A stretch of DNA of 36,135 nt, from the IMG/VR virus record IMGVR_UViG_2563366968_000009, one strand, 5' to 3'. Each line of letters opens with the position of its first letter. Within the stretch, counting starts at the first letter, position 1. This document shows, piece by piece, positions 8,449 through 18,558 of the stretch. Source of the DNA: a virus (lineage: Duplodnaviria; Heunggongvirae; Uroviricota; Caudoviricetes). A model generated the notes under the pieces. That model had not been told where the DNA came from, searched no databases, and saw nothing but the letters and a program-made list of their open reading frames with translations. A program made the position numbers and the translations under genes.

Positions 8449-9498
8449 TTAACTACATGAATCAATGATGTTTTTCACAAGCTTATTTATTTCAGATTCA
8501 TTAGTGCCAAATTCACCCGCTTTAAAATTAATACCTCGCGCTGCAAGATTTCTTTTTATTTTACTTACTTCACTCAGCATAAAGTCATAATTTAACGTTT
8601 TTTCTTTAATGCCCTTTGAATATATTACAGGGAAGGCTTTCATTAATGCCGCATATCCTGTGAGTTTACTTAAATAATATTCCCTTGGTGTATTCCACTC
8701 AACTGGATAGACATTGCTAATAGCATTAAAATAATTCAATATTATTTTTTGAATTACAGCGTCATTCTCTTCGATAAAATAATCGCGGAATATACACTGA
8801 TTATTTGGCGTTAATGGCAGATTCATTTTTAACATTCTTGCATCATCATCAGGTTTTTTTGAAATATGTTGGATAAGATATTTAATGAAAGTGCTTTGTG
8901 ATAATGATGCATTATCTTGGTTTATTTCCTTTTTCCCAAGCATTTTTAGCTTTTTATAAAAAGGGGAATCAGGATTACTGTTTATTCCTCTCGCGATTTC
9001 GTGGCATGTTTTTTGTGGACTCCTGCGTTCTGCAAGCGAAAATAAATCATATACAATTGATGGATTTACACGAGTTTGTTTACTATTAATAATTGAGAAA
9101 ACATAGGCTTTTTCTTCATCAGTAAGATCAAACATTAAAACAACAGGTAGTTCAAAAAGTTTAGCATTAGAGGAATTTTTAATTCCCCATAATCTGTGTT
9201 GACCATCGATAACATCACCTATAACCACTTCAGACTCAAAGTAAAAATAGGTATCATCCATTTTTAAATTGGATGAATCATCGACGGAAATTATGATCGG
9301 CGTTGGAAAAGTCGCATCCGGCTCACTAGTGTACTTTGCGATTTCTGAAACTCTTGATGATGAAATATCCCTTTGCACACCAAATTCGAAATCTCTGCGA
9401 CGATCAACTCTAACTATATCGAGCAAGTCAATGGCTCTTATTGATGTTAAATAGAAAGTACCGATTGGTTGATTAACTTCAATATATTTCAACTTCAT
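8449..9498 (-). CDS. DGQHR-motif protein (DndB-like, predicted ParB/Srx-fold), 349 aa; cargo gene 2
   Basis: Motif VIDGQHRLWG at residues 96-105 plus an N-terminal Q-R dipeptide (VQRD, residues 41-44), as in DndB-type proteins. AAGGAG Shine-Dalgarno 7 nt upstream; start ATG overlaps the stop of the upstream membrane gene (ATGA). Visibly AT-rich compared with flanking tail genes. Confidence 0.7.
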   Translation of the reverse strand: MKLKYIEVNQPIGTFYLTSIRAIDLLDIVRVDRRRDFEFGVQRDISSSRVSEIAKYTSEPDATFPTPIIISVDDSSNLKMDDTYFYFESEVVIGDVIDGQHRLWGIKNSSNAKLFELPVVLMFDLTDEEKAYVFSIINSKQTRVNPSIVYDLFSLAERRSPQKTCHEIARGINSNPDSPFYKKLKMLGKKEINQDNASLSQSTFIKYLIQHISKKPDDDARMLKMNLPLTPNNQCIFRDYFIEENDAVIQKIILNYFNAISNVYPVEWNTPREYYLSKLTGYAALMKAFPVIYSKGIKEKTLNYDFMLSEVSKIKRNLAARGINFKAGEFGTNESEINKLVKNIIDSCS

Positions 9499-10094
9499 AT
9501 CATAACTCCTTTACCATCATCAGTTACTTCATTGGTTGCCATTGTCTGATCTATAACTATTGCATCTTCTTTTTCTATATAACTTTCATCATTTATATCT
9601 GTATGTGCAGTAGCGTTAAGTTTTAATACGCCAAATGTATAGCATACTAAGACTATAGAAATAACATAAATTATAGGTTGAGTTAAACCGAATGTTAAAT
9701 CATTAGAATTTGGTAGGATTAAATCCTTTGATTGCGTAGCAGCGTATATTATTCCTGATAATTGTAATAAAATAATCAATAATATTATTGATATGATTTT
9801 TATTGTTTTAAATTCAAGTTTTGAACTAAAAAAAGTTACAAACATAGGCCCAAGGGCAGAGGCTATTAATGCAATGGAAAATGTGTAAAAACTTCCTGAC
9901 GAACCTTCTATGTAAATAGATTGATCTAGTGGTATTGAATGTGAATAATATCTTATGATTATATTTGCAATAATCCCCATTTGCCCACAAACAACTGTAA
10001 AAACGATCCAAATAAAAAACTCTCTTTTGTTTTTTCTTATCGCATCGAATGGATAGGAAAGGGATTTCTTTAATATTTGCCAGTCTTTACTCAT
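9495..10094 (-). CDS. Predicted 4-TM inner-membrane protein with acidic C-terminal tail (about 199 aa); cargo gene 1
   Basis: Four hydrophobic segments (approx residues 29-50, 72-92, 101-122, 142-160 of the track ORF). The track ORF begins at a GTG (10103); I prefer the ATG at 10094 (MSKDWQ...). AT-rich; first gene of a coupled two-gene operon. Confidence 0.6.
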   Translation of the reverse strand: MSKDWQILKKSLSYPFDAIRKNKREFFIWIVFTVVCGQMGIIANIIIRYYSHSIPLDQSIYIEGSSGSFYTFSIALIASALGPMFVTFFSSKLEFKTIKIISIILLIILLQLSGIIYAATQSKDLILPNSNDLTFGLTQPIIYVISIVLVCYTFGVLKLNATAHTDINDESYIEKEDAIVIDQTMATNEVTDDGKGVMI

Positions 10095-10498
10095 GTTATG
10101 CACTCTTTATTTAAACTTATCAACAATATGTAACTATCAATTAATAACCGTTTACTCTTTTCAAATAATAAAATTATAATCATCAAAAAAATCGACATTA
10201 TAATTAGACAACATTTTTAACACTAAGTGATACCTGACTCATGTCTCCAGACCCTAAAACCGCTTGCATAATTTAGAATGATAATACTACCTTATAGTAG
10301 GCTTGTGAACTTATATAGCATGAGTCAAGTAATTAATAAATCACTTATTTCGTTTTTTTTGCATTTGGTCGCTGTGATTTTTTCATAAACAAACTTACAA
10401 TGATGTCAGCAATGTCTGCTCTTGGCACAGAGCGGACTGTCAGATTAGTTTTTACTCTGTGCCATAGATGTATAAACTCACATCAGAGCTTATACAAT

Positions 10499-11077
10499 TT
10501 ATTGTGGCATTTCAGGCCATTCTATATCCGGAGCATCTTCCGGCTGAATGCGATTCAGTAGCACACGGTATTTTTTCCAGTGTGTCAGGCTTAACTTTTC
10601 TTCCTCAGTTGCCATATCCAAATCGACAGCATCCTGCAGCGTGGCAATAATTTCACCTGCATATGCAATCTGCTCTTTCTTCTGAGACTCAGCCGCTCTG
10701 ACAAGTGCATCACGCTCTGCATTCTCATCATTCACCCACGCATTTCCGTTCCATTTCTGATAATCCCCCTCCGGGGAAATGGCTGTCACGTCTGGAGATA
10801 ATGCGCCAAGTTCAGAAATATAAATGGCTGCTCCCGTTTTCGTTTCGTATACGGTCTTTCCGCGATGGTCTTCCATCAACTCCCATTTCATTTCATCTGC
10901 ATTGAAAACGGCTGCATAACCAGCCGGTATATCAGGCGGCGCAATATCTGTACTGTTTGCAGGCAAACCTGTATACGGAGGAATATATGCATCACTTTCG
11001 CCAATAAATTCATTGGTTCCATCAAGTAAATTGAAAACGCGGATAGTTTGTGCTTCTGCACTCATTCTGAAAGCCAT
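10499..11077 (-). CDS. G: Tail fiber assembly chaperone gpG
   Basis: Position immediately after H with TAATG stop/start overlap, and size, match P2 G (Tfa family). Confidence 0.8.
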   Translation of the reverse strand: MAFRMSAEAQTIRVFNLLDGTNEFIGESDAYIPPYTGLPANSTDIAPPDIPAGYAAVFNADEMKWELMEDHRGKTVYETKTGAAIYISELGALSPDVTAISPEGDYQKWNGNAWVNDENAERDALVRAAESQKKEQIAYAGEIIATLQDAVDLDMATEEEKLSLTHWKKYRVLLNRIQPEDAPDIEWPEMPQ

Positions 11078-13695
11078 TATGCAAGCCTCACAATATAGTT
11101 AAATGCGATGTTTTTGACGGTGTTTTCGGTATTACCTGTAGCATTAACGGTAATAGAGTGCCCGTGTGAGCCAATAGCAACCGTGTGTGAATGTGCACCA
11201 ATACCAACCGTATGATTATGTGCGCCAATATCTACCGTGTGGGCATGATTCCCGGCAGCTCCTGATGTGCCATTAAACGATGGGTTGTCAAAGCCTGTTT
11301 TACCGGTTTCACCATTAGTATTGGCATTCCCTCTGTAAATGGTATGTGTATGGTTACCAGTGGTATTAGTGGTTTTTGTTCCGTAGTTAAACGTACTGAC
11401 TGTCTTCGTCCCGTAATCAAATGAACTGGTCGTTTTCGTCCCTAAATCCGTATTTGACGCACTGGCACTGTGAGTATGCGATTTAATCCCGTCCTGTTCC
11501 TGTGACAATACGGCACGCCCACTGGCGGGTTTGCCCTTGATTGTCCAGCCGCGCATATCTGGAATAACACCAGAAGGATAGACAATAGCCAGTTTCGGAT
11601 ATGCAGCCTTATCAAACGTCTGACCCTGCATAATTGCATAGCCTGCAGGTGGTGTATCTGATGGCCACGGCAGCGGAACACCAGGCGGAAACGCTTCAAT
11701 ATCTTTCGTCCCGTCAAAGGTTACGCCGTTAATTGTCCTTGCCGTTTTCAGCTTTGTTGCTGTAGCAGCATTGCCGGACAGTTCGCCTGAAAGACCGGCG
11801 CTGAAGGTTTGTTTCGCCGCCCATGTCTGGGCTTCGTCAATAATTGGCACACGTCTTGTGGTGATCGTGCGACTTCCCGGATTTCCTGAAATACGCACCA
11901 TAAAAAAGCGGTAGTTCGCTTTACTTACAGTGCTGCGCCATACATGCATTGAGCGCCCCGCACCGGAATCATCACTCGGACCAACTGAGATGTTTATCAG
12001 GTTGCCATCAATGACGCCCCAGTCCATACCTTCGGGAATGTTGGTCATGTTATCAAGCCGAACGGTTATCAGACTGCCCGGCACAAAGTCGTAGGTCTGC
12101 CAGTCCAGGCTGGAGAGTTTTGCCACTGCACCGCCGATACCCAGATTCAGGGGAAGTGAATACGAGGTGTAGACTTCCCGCCATTCGCTCCACGAGCTGC
12201 CGGTATAGACGCGCTCAAACGTGCGACCTTTAAGGGTTGCACCTGTTCCGGCAGTTGTATAACGCTGCCATACGTTAACACCATCAAAGCGCCTCAACAC
12301 TTCCAGAATCCCGAGGACTGTCACGCCGTTTCCGTCCAGTATTGGACCGTTGGTCGCTTTACCTGTAACGCTGTAAATACCTGGTGAAGTCACCTCATTC
12401 AAATCCCCGTCGTAATAACGACTCTCTGACTGATGACCGACTCTTAACCACGGTTCCCACTGTGGATTTGATGCATCCCAGCTTGCCGCAAGGCAGCGGA
12501 CATACATATTTCCACGGCGAGTGGTATAACGTTGCGTTCTTCCATAATTCCCGCCTTCGAGGATCTCAAGCATCCCCTGAGCAAAGCCGCCTTCCTCTGG
12601 ATAATTGCGTTCATATGAAGCTATAGCCGAGCTACTGTTACGCCATAAACCAAGATGCTCGGCGGCTCCAAGCGTATTCAGGTCTATAGTCGTACTCAAA
12701 GGGCGGGTAGCAGATTGAGTGTGACGCCATACGCCCCACGGACCATCAGTGCCATTCCACTTATTGGCGAGTTTACGCATGTAAACATTGCCGTCTCTCG
12801 TGGTAAAGCGTTGCGTACCTGCAAAATTGCCGGCAGCAAAAACCTCAAGCACACCGACAGCATTATCTTCCGGGAAATTTTTCTCCAGTGTTGCGTTAGT
12901 TGAGGTAGCTTTAGACCAGATCCCCAGATAAGCCTTAACGGGACCAAATGTATTCAGGTCGGCATCAACCGGCATTTCGCCATTGTTTTTCATAAACGTC
13001 AGACTGGTAACGCCAACATTGTCCAGAAAAGCTGATTTATCCTGGATATCTGCACCATTCTGATTTTTCGCCAGACGTGAATTTGCGTTGTCATTTGCTG
13101 CCTTGACCGCTTTTGGCGTTGCCGCCAATGACTCACTGGTGCTGTTTGTTGCACTGCTTAACTGAGTAAAACCTTTTTCTGTCAGCGTGGCGTCAGGATG
13201 GCGGCGGGACTGCTCATGTTCTGCGATTTTGTCATCGACGTAATCCTGCGTCGCCATCACTGTGCTGGCATCAATACTCAGCTCAACGGACGCCACGTTA
13301 CTGACAATAATAACCATGCGGCAGGTCTGCGCACGCCCGGAGCCTTCAGCGAGTTCAGGCTTATAGCTTTCTGCCATGTTGGCGACCGCAATCAGTGTTC
13401 CGGCATCGTCATACAGACCAAGCTCACGCATCCAGAAGCCGCCCACTTCGGGCGGTACAACCAGTTCAGCCACGATATAGTTTTTATTCTTATTATCCAC
13501 GCTGACTTTATTCAGAGCGTGACGCCAGACCTCATGCACCAGTTTCGTCTGACCGGCATCCGGCACCGGCAATTTGCCATTACCGTCACCCACGGCCATT
13601 GCAGACAGGTTTACTTTTTTCCCGCCGGGGACAGTGGCGGCTGCCAGCTTCGCGGCTCCGGCAGTAGTGATAACGGTTTTAAATTTCGTGCTCAT
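11077..13695 (-). CDS. H: Tail fiber protein gpH (872 aa) with divergent distal half
   Basis: N-terminus ([20 protein letters not shown]...) matches P2 H from memory. The central region has three related ~60-aa repeats; the C-terminus has periodic GxHxHTV repeats. Confidence 0.85.
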   Translation of the reverse strand: MSTKFKTVITTAGAAKLAAATVPGGKKVNLSAMAVGDGNGKLPVPDAGQTKLVHEVWRHALNKVSVDNKNKNYIVAELVVPPEVGGFWMRELGLYDDAGTLIAVANMAESYKPELAEGSGRAQTCRMVIIVSNVASVELSIDASTVMATQDYVDDKIAEHEQSRRHPDATLTEKGFTQLSSATNSTSESLAATPKAVKAANDNANSRLAKNQNGADIQDKSAFLDNVGVTSLTFMKNNGEMPVDADLNTFGPVKAYLGIWSKATSTNATLEKNFPEDNAVGVLEVFAAGNFAGTQRFTTRDGNVYMRKLANKWNGTDGPWGVWRHTQSATRPLSTTIDLNTLGAAEHLGLWRNSSSAIASYERNYPEEGGFAQGMLEILEGGNYGRTQRYTTRRGNMYVRCLAASWDASNPQWEPWLRVGHQSESRYYDGDLNEVTSPGIYSVTGKATNGPILDGNGVTVLGILEVLRRFDGVNVWQRYTTAGTGATLKGRTFERVYTGSSWSEWREVYTSYSLPLNLGIGGAVAKLSSLDWQTYDFVPGSLITVRLDNMTNIPEGMDWGVIDGNLINISVGPSDDSGAGRSMHVWRSTVSKANYRFFMVRISGNPGSRTITTRRVPIIDEAQTWAAKQTFSAGLSGELSGNAATATKLKTARTINGVTFDGTKDIEAFPPGVPLPWPSDTPPAGYAIMQGQTFDKAAYPKLAIVYPSGVIPDMRGWTIKGKPASGRAVLSQEQDGIKSHTHSASASNTDLGTKTTSSFDYGTKTVSTFNYGTKTTNTTGNHTHTIYRGNANTNGETGKTGFDNPSFNGTSGAAGNHAHTVDIGAHNHTVGIGAHSHTVAIGSHGHSITVNATGNTENTVKNIAFNYIVRLA

Positions 13696-13705
13696 TGTTT
13701 CTCAC

Positions 13706-14236
13706 TTATCCGGGATAAACAGTAATAACATCACCATCACAGACCACACCGCCTGTATACAGATAGCCGGGAATGTCCTGGATAATGTTCAGGCCGATAA
13801 GGTGGCGACTTGCGGGTTTGGCATCGGCAATCAGCCGTTCCATTTCCAGATACATTTCCTCTGTGATACCGCTTTCCAGCACACCGATATCAAGACGAAA
13901 GGTTCCGGCCGGGTCGTTTGTCTCCCACCATTCCTTTACGTTAATGAGATAGCCGAGCGGCTCCACCACACGCCGGATTGCGCCGACAGTGCCTTTATGA
14001 CAGTGGATGAAATAGGCATCGCGGATAACGGCGCGTTTTGTCGCTTCCGGCCACTTTTCATCCCACCTGTCGACCGAAAACGCCCACGCCAGCCACGGCA
14101 GCAGATTTGCCGGGCAGGTGTCCGGGTTCCACAGCTCACGAATACTGACCGGCGTTTTTTCAATTTCCGCACAGGCTTTTGCGGCGGCGACCTCAAGCGG
14201 TGATGAGCCGGTCGGCAGCAGGCGCGAATCACTCAT
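13706..14236 (-). CDS. I: Baseplate assembly protein gpI (176 aa)
   Basis: Length and synteny match P2 I. Confidence 0.85.
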   Translation of the reverse strand: MSDSRLLPTGSSPLEVAAAKACAEIEKTPVSIRELWNPDTCPANLLPWLAWAFSVDRWDEKWPEATKRAVIRDAYFIHCHKGTVGAIRRVVEPLGYLINVKEWWETNDPAGTFRLDIGVLESGITEEMYLEMERLIADAKPASRHLIGLNIIQDIPGYLYTGGVVCDGDVITVYPG

Positions 14237-15137
14237 CCGAGCCTCCGGTCACGACGCGGTATTCGGTACAGAAAGACGCCTGCGTATTGTTGAGCACGAT
14301 GTCGGCCAGCGGTGCAGCCAGTTCGACACGCTGCACGCCTTCCACATGCAAAGCGGCATAAATGGCAGACAGACGGATGTCGCGCCCCAGCCGGTGCTGT
14401 GCCGTGATATACGCTTCCAGTTTTTTCACGGCGGCAGCGCGGATGGGTTCGCTTTCGGGACCAGGGTAAAGGTAAAGCGTGGCGTTTATCTGGTATTCAA
14501 CAATGGCGGCAGACTGCACGGTCACGCGGTCGGCCACCGGCCTGACGTCCTCGCCATTCAGGGCGTTACGCACCACCGCCAGCAGGTCTTCGGATGCGAC
14601 GCCGTTATTTTCACGTGACAGCACAGAGATGGTGACGCAGGCCGGAGAAGGACTGGTGACAGAGATATCCGCGACACGCCCGTCGGCACTGCGACCATGA
14701 TACTGATAGGCTCCCACCGACCCGGCGACGCTTAAACCTTCAAACGCCTGCTGAATACGCAGACGATAATCGGTGTCAGATTCCATCACTGCCGGTGTCG
14801 GCGGGATGGTCGAATCATCTGCCGGGGTGATAATCAGGCGCGTGGTGTTGTAATTGGCACCAATCACATCAAGGTCGTTACCGGCGGCACAGGCCAGCAT
14901 CACCGCCCGTGCGGCCTTATTCACACGCTGACGCCAGATAAGCTCACGATAAGCATTTTCCTCCAGCAGTTTGACGAGAGGCTCGGATTCCAGCGTCAGG
15001 GTACGGGCGACCGCCTCCTGCTGGTCTTCCGGGTAAAGGGAAATCAGTGTCGCCTTGCGTTCAGCGAGAATGGTTTCAAAGTCCAGCTCCTCGACCACAT
15101 CCGGTGCGGGTAGCTGGTTCAGGTCGATAATCGGCAT
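14229..15137 (-). CDS. J: Baseplate protein gpJ (302 aa)
   Basis: Length and synteny match P2 J. Confidence 0.85.
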   Translation of the reverse strand: MPIIDLNQLPAPDVVEELDFETILAERKATLISLYPEDQQEAVARTLTLESEPLVKLLEENAYRELIWRQRVNKAARAVMLACAAGNDLDVIGANYNTTRLIITPADDSTIPPTPAVMESDTDYRLRIQQAFEGLSVAGSVGAYQYHGRSADGRVADISVTSPSPACVTISVLSRENNGVASEDLLAVVRNALNGEDVRPVADRVTVQSAAIVEYQINATLYLYPGPESEPIRAAAVKKLEAYITAQHRLGRDIRLSAIYAALHVEGVQRVELAAPLADIVLNNTQASFCTEYRVVTGGSDE

Positions 15138-15141
15138 GGTT

Positions 15142-15489
15142 TCAACTCACAGGGATGGTTAACGAAAGTGGCTGGCCGGTGTCGTTGTGCTGGCCGGTTA
15201 GCGTAACTGTCATTCGCCCGTCAAAGCTGCGCGCCGTGGTGACGGATGACAGGGTGACGCGGGGTTCCCATTTCAGCACCGCCATGTAACAGGCGACCTT
15301 AATCTGCAACTCAAGCGCCGGGGTCTGCGGCTGGTCAATCATTGATGCCAGCAATGAGCCGTAATCACGACGCATCACCCGTGAGCCGACCGGCGTGCGC
15401 AGGATATCGCCGATACTCTGGCTGATATGCTCAAGGTCAGTGACAGTCAGGCCATCACTGCGATTCATTCCGAGATAACGTGCTGTCAT
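15142..15489 (-). CDS. W: Baseplate wedge protein gpW (115 aa)
   Basis: Length and synteny match P2 W (gp25-like). Confidence 0.85.
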   Translation of the reverse strand: MTARYLGMNRSDGLTVTDLEHISQSIGDILRTPVGSRVMRRDYGSLLASMIDQPQTPALELQIKVACYMAVLKWEPRVTLSSVTTARSFDGRMTVTLTGQHNDTGQPLSLTIPVS

Positions 15490-16121
15490 AGAGGACTCCC
15501 GGTTGTGCCGCCGCTGTCGCCGGGGTGTTTATGGGTATGCAGTACCTTACCGTTTGATGAGAGTTCACCGCCGGTGTGTTCAATGTTGCCGCGCATCGTC
15601 CCGCCCTTCTGCACTTCCAGCGTGCCGGTAGTCAGCTTGTTTGTGCAGACCACCTCCGGCGTGTCCAGGGTGACACGGGTTGACGCTTTCACCGTGACCA
15701 CCGGTACCGTGGCAGTAACAGAATCAGAAGCCGTCACGCTGGCCGTTTTAATTCCGCTTACCGTGAGTGCACTGGTTTCGGGTTCATACTCAATCACCGC
15801 CCCGTCAGAGAAACGGATATGCAGGGCATCAGCCGACGCAGACGGCGCAGGGTTATCGCCGGAATAAATCCCCGGCAGAACGAACGCCGTGTCGAGTTCA
15901 CCGCCCACGGCCAGAATCAGCACCTGTTCCCCCACGGAAGGTGCCCACCATGTGCGCGAACGACCGGCGCGCTGGGTCAGCCACTGCAGCCAGTCGGTGC
16001 ACATGCCGCCGGTCTGCACACGGCAGCGACCGGCGTTAAGGTCGGTTTCGACGACAAGGCCGGTGCGGATCATGTTGCGCAGTGCGCGCGCGAGTTCCTG
16101 AATATTTGCGAGAGTGTTCAT
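15486..16121 (-). CDS. V: Baseplate spike protein gpV (211 aa)
   Basis: Length and synteny match P2 V. Confidence 0.85.
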   Translation of the reverse strand: MNTLANIQELARALRNMIRTGLVVETDLNAGRCRVQTGGMCTDWLQWLTQRAGRSRTWWAPSVGEQVLILAVGGELDTAFVLPGIYSGDNPAPSASADALHIRFSDGAVIEYEPETSALTVSGIKTASVTASDSVTATVPVVTVKASTRVTLDTPEVVCTNKLTTGTLEVQKGGTMRGNIEHTGGELSSNGKVLHTHKHPGDSGGTTGSPL

Positions 16122-16187
16122 AACGGGAAGGATGCCGCCGGGTCATACCGGCGGCAATGTGACGATGAGGTGTCGGGAATGGCACAA

Positions 16188-16640
16188 CTAACGGTCGAGG
16201 TGAGCCAGGATAATCTCTTCAATCATCTGCACATCCTCACCGGTAAAGCCGAGCAGAGGACGCGCCGGATAATCAATTTTCTTACCGTCTTTCCGGGTTT
16301 CTTCCGACAGACCGAACTGATGCACACTGGCGATTTTCGGCGACTTCCCGCCGTAAAATTCCATTGATGCCTGCTCCGGGCTGGCGCGGATATGCAAAAA
16401 ACGACTGGTGATAAGTTTCGCAAACATTTTTCGCTTAACGCGACCGGTCTTTTTTCTGGCGCTCTGCTGCTGGCGTGGCGCATAGGGTGTGCCGTCCGGG
16501 GCTTTCTGTGTCATCACCCGACGCTGCTGACTCTGCCGCAGGCGTTTCGCCAGTTCGGCACTCAGTCGCCGACGCCCTGACGGTGACAGCGACTCAATAA
16601 GTCCGGTCAGCCGGTCTTCAAAACGCTTAAACTCATTCAT
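16188..16640 (-). CDS. S: Tail completion protein gpS (150 aa)
   Basis: Length and synteny match P2 S. Confidence 0.85.
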   Translation of the reverse strand: MNEFKRFEDRLTGLIESLSPSGRRRLSAELAKRLRQSQQRRVMTQKAPDGTPYAPRQQQSARKKTGRVKRKMFAKLITSRFLHIRASPEQASMEFYGGKSPKIASVHQFGLSEETRKDGKKIDYPARPLLGFTGEDVQMIEEIILAHLDR

Positions 16641-17100
16641 CCCACTTGCTCACCAGTTCGCCATTGATATACAGCTCCATCGGGCGGGTAACCGGCTCCG
16701 GCGGCGGAGGTTCCGGGATATTCTTCACATGCAGCGCGCCGTCCACCTCACTGACCAGCGTGCGCTCGGTCAGCATCAGGCTGATGCTGATATCAAAGCT
16801 GCTGTCATTGTTGATGTCTGCATAAAACGTGAAGCCCTTTTTCTGGCCTGCGTCGGTGGTCATGATGTCGGGCTGATTTTCCCGCAGCCACGCCAGCACC
16901 GGCACGATGAGCAGGTCAAAATCACCGGTAAAGTCGGTCACAATGACATTGAGCGTGTAACGCTTTTCGAATGACAACGACGCCGCCAGTGTGGAGGCAA
17001 TACTCCCGTTATCCACGAATATCCGCAGCATATCGGGGTTAGTTTTCAGCACCGTGACGGCATCAGTCAGCGCCCTGCGCAGGCTGTCGGGTTTGAGCAT
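16633..17100 (-). CDS. R: Tail completion protein gpR (155 aa)
   Basis: Length and synteny match P2 R. Confidence 0.85.
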   Translation of the reverse strand: MLKPDSLRRALTDAVTVLKTNPDMLRIFVDNGSIASTLAASLSFEKRYTLNVIVTDFTGDFDLLIVPVLAWLRENQPDIMTTDAGQKKGFTFYADINNDSSFDISISLMLTERTLVSEVDGALHVKNIPEPPPPEPVTRPMELYINGELVSKWDE

Positions 17101-17353
17101 CGTTTTCGTCCTGACAGTGTTTAATCATTTTTACCTGGCTGGCACAGCGTGCCAGCGCGTTCTCAAGTTGCCGGATATCGGCACTTAAATCGCCGTTCGT
17201 CTCCGGGTCACTGCCCGGTATCGGGCAAAGACTCACTTTCGGGCAGGCGTTGTGGACAATCACTGGCGTCGGTGCAGGCGGGGCGCTGGTGCAACCGGCG
17301 CACAGCATCAGGCAGGTCAGCACCGTACCAGCGGCGAAAATCTTCGTTTTCAT
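17063..17353 (-). CDS. lysC: LysC, Rz1-like outer-membrane lipoprotein spanin (96 aa), embedded out of frame in lysB
   Basis: MKTKIFAAGTVLTCLMLCAGC... has a signal peptide and lipobox (LCAGC) followed by a Pro-rich segment. Starts inside lysB in another frame and extends into the start of R. Start placed at the internal ATG rather than the longer track ORF. Confidence 0.75.
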   Translation of the reverse strand: MKTKIFAAGTVLTCLMLCAGCTSAPPAPTPVIVHNACPKVSLCPIPGSDPETNGDLSADIRQLENALARCASQVKMIKHCQDENDAQTRQPAQGAD

Positions 17354-17633
17354 TAAGTAACCTCGTGATGGTTTTCTCGCGCTGTGCTTCACGCTTCGCG
17401 GCGTTCTCCAGTTCCTGACGCAGTGCCACCTGCGCCAGCTCGTTTTTGTCTGCCCTGGTGAGGGCAACATGAAGCTGATTTTTCAGCATGGTGATGGTCG
17501 CCTGCTGCCCACTGGCGACGTTGTTCGCCCTGTCCAGCGAGGCGCGCAGGCTGGCGTTTTCATGCTTCACCAGAAACAGCGCCGCCACCGCCAGTGATAA
17601 CAACACAACCAGCACAATCATCAGCTTTGACAT
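17208..17633 (-). CDS. lysB: LysB, Rz-like inner-membrane spanin (141 aa)
   Basis: N-terminal TM helix followed by a coiled-coil; size and synteny as P2 LysB. Confidence 0.8.
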   Translation of the reverse strand: MSKLMIVLVVLLSLAVAALFLVKHENASLRASLDRANNVASGQQATITMLKNQLHVALTRADKNELAQVALRQELENAAKREAQREKTITRLLNENEDFRRWYGADLPDAVRRLHQRPACTDASDCPQRLPESESLPDTGQ

Positions 17634-18046
17634 AATTCCCGCCCCTCAAGACGCTGACGACAGGCTTTACGTATCAGCCGGAAAAACAGCGATGCCACGA
17701 GATAAATCAGCGCGGTAAAAATCCACCCGGCGGCAACCAGCGAGATAAACGTCGCCACCATCACCACCAGAGCTGCTGCCCGTCTGTGCCACGGCACCGG
17801 CTGCAAAAACAGCGACGTGACAATCTTCACGGCCAGCGATTCCGGCGGCAGCCCCCGCCCGTAGCGTTCCAGTACATACTCTGTGGCATACACGCCGACA
17901 CCGCCGGCAACCACACAGATAACCGTCGCCAGAATCGCCCAGGCGGCGACAAAATTGACGGCCACGCTCTGCGGGTAAATCAGGGACAGTGCCAGCATCA
18001 GCGCCAGCGACACGTTCAGCATCAGTGAAAGGGATAATTTCTTCAT
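17621..18046 (-). CDS. lysA: LysA, lysis-timing membrane protein (141 aa)
   Basis: Multi-TM protein between K and lysB, as in P2. Confidence 0.75.
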   Translation of the reverse strand: MKKLSLSLMLNVSLALMLALSLIYPQSVAVNFVAAWAILATVICVVAGGVGVYATEYVLERYGRGLPPESLAVKIVTSLFLQPVPWHRRAAALVVMVATFISLVAAGWIFTALIYLVASLFFRLIRKACRQRLEGRELCQS

Positions 18047-18060
18047 GGTGTTTACTCCGT

Positions 18061-18558
18061 TTAAGCCGGTACGCCGCCAGCGGTACGCCAGACGGTGACC
18101 AGTTTTTCCAGTGAATGCTCACGCTGACCGTAACCGGCTCCCGGCAGGGACGCCCAGATATTGCGACAGCGTGAAATGGCGCGCTCAATGCGTCCCGCCC
18201 GGATGTCATCCAGTGCACCGCGTTCGCGGATCAACTGAATGGCGAGTCTGTCCTGTGACAACGGACTGAAATCCGGCAGGGCAAGCTGTTTGCGGTAATG
18301 CGGCCAGAACAGGTAAAGCTGCTGATAGCGACCGGAGGCCGTGGATTTTTCACCACGACGGTTAAACACCTTCGCCGGTCGGCCATGCGCGAACGGGTGG
18401 TCACTGTAGTCGGTGAAAATTTCCGGCTTTCCGTCCACTCCGGTGACTATCACGTCATAGCCCCGGTTTTTCGTCAGCGGATGGTTCGCCGTCCCTTCGG
18501 ACACAGCCAGCATGTCGAGAAAGGCCGCGATATTCTGATGCGTGTTAATTACCGGCAT
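18061..18558 (-). CDS. K: Endolysin gpK (165 aa)
   Basis: Length and synteny match P2 K (lysozyme-like). Confidence 0.85.
   Translation of the reverse strand: MPVINTHQNIAAFLDMLAVSEGTANHPLTKNRGYDVIVTGVDGKPEIFTDYSDHPFAHGRPAKVFNRRGEKSTASGRYQQLYLFWPHYRKQLALPDFSPLSQDRLAIQLIRERGALDDIRAGRIERAISRCRNIWASLPGAGYGQREHSLEKLVTVWRTAGGVPA

Noticed and set aside
10468-10650. 60-aa plus-strand ORF between the cargo operon and gene G
   Set aside because: Overlaps the 3' end of G on the opposite strand and has no Shine-Dalgarno; the intergenic part more likely holds the cargo promoter and a hairpin.
12384-13725. Antisense ORFs inside tail fibre gene H (12384..12626, 12655..12903, 13198..13725)
   Set aside because: Embedded in H on the opposite strand and reflect the repetitive H sequence rather than genes.
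15427-16367. Plus-strand ORFs overlapping W, V and S (for example 15819..16367, 182 aa)
   Set aside because: Fully overlapped by the conserved baseplate genes on the other strand; no start context.
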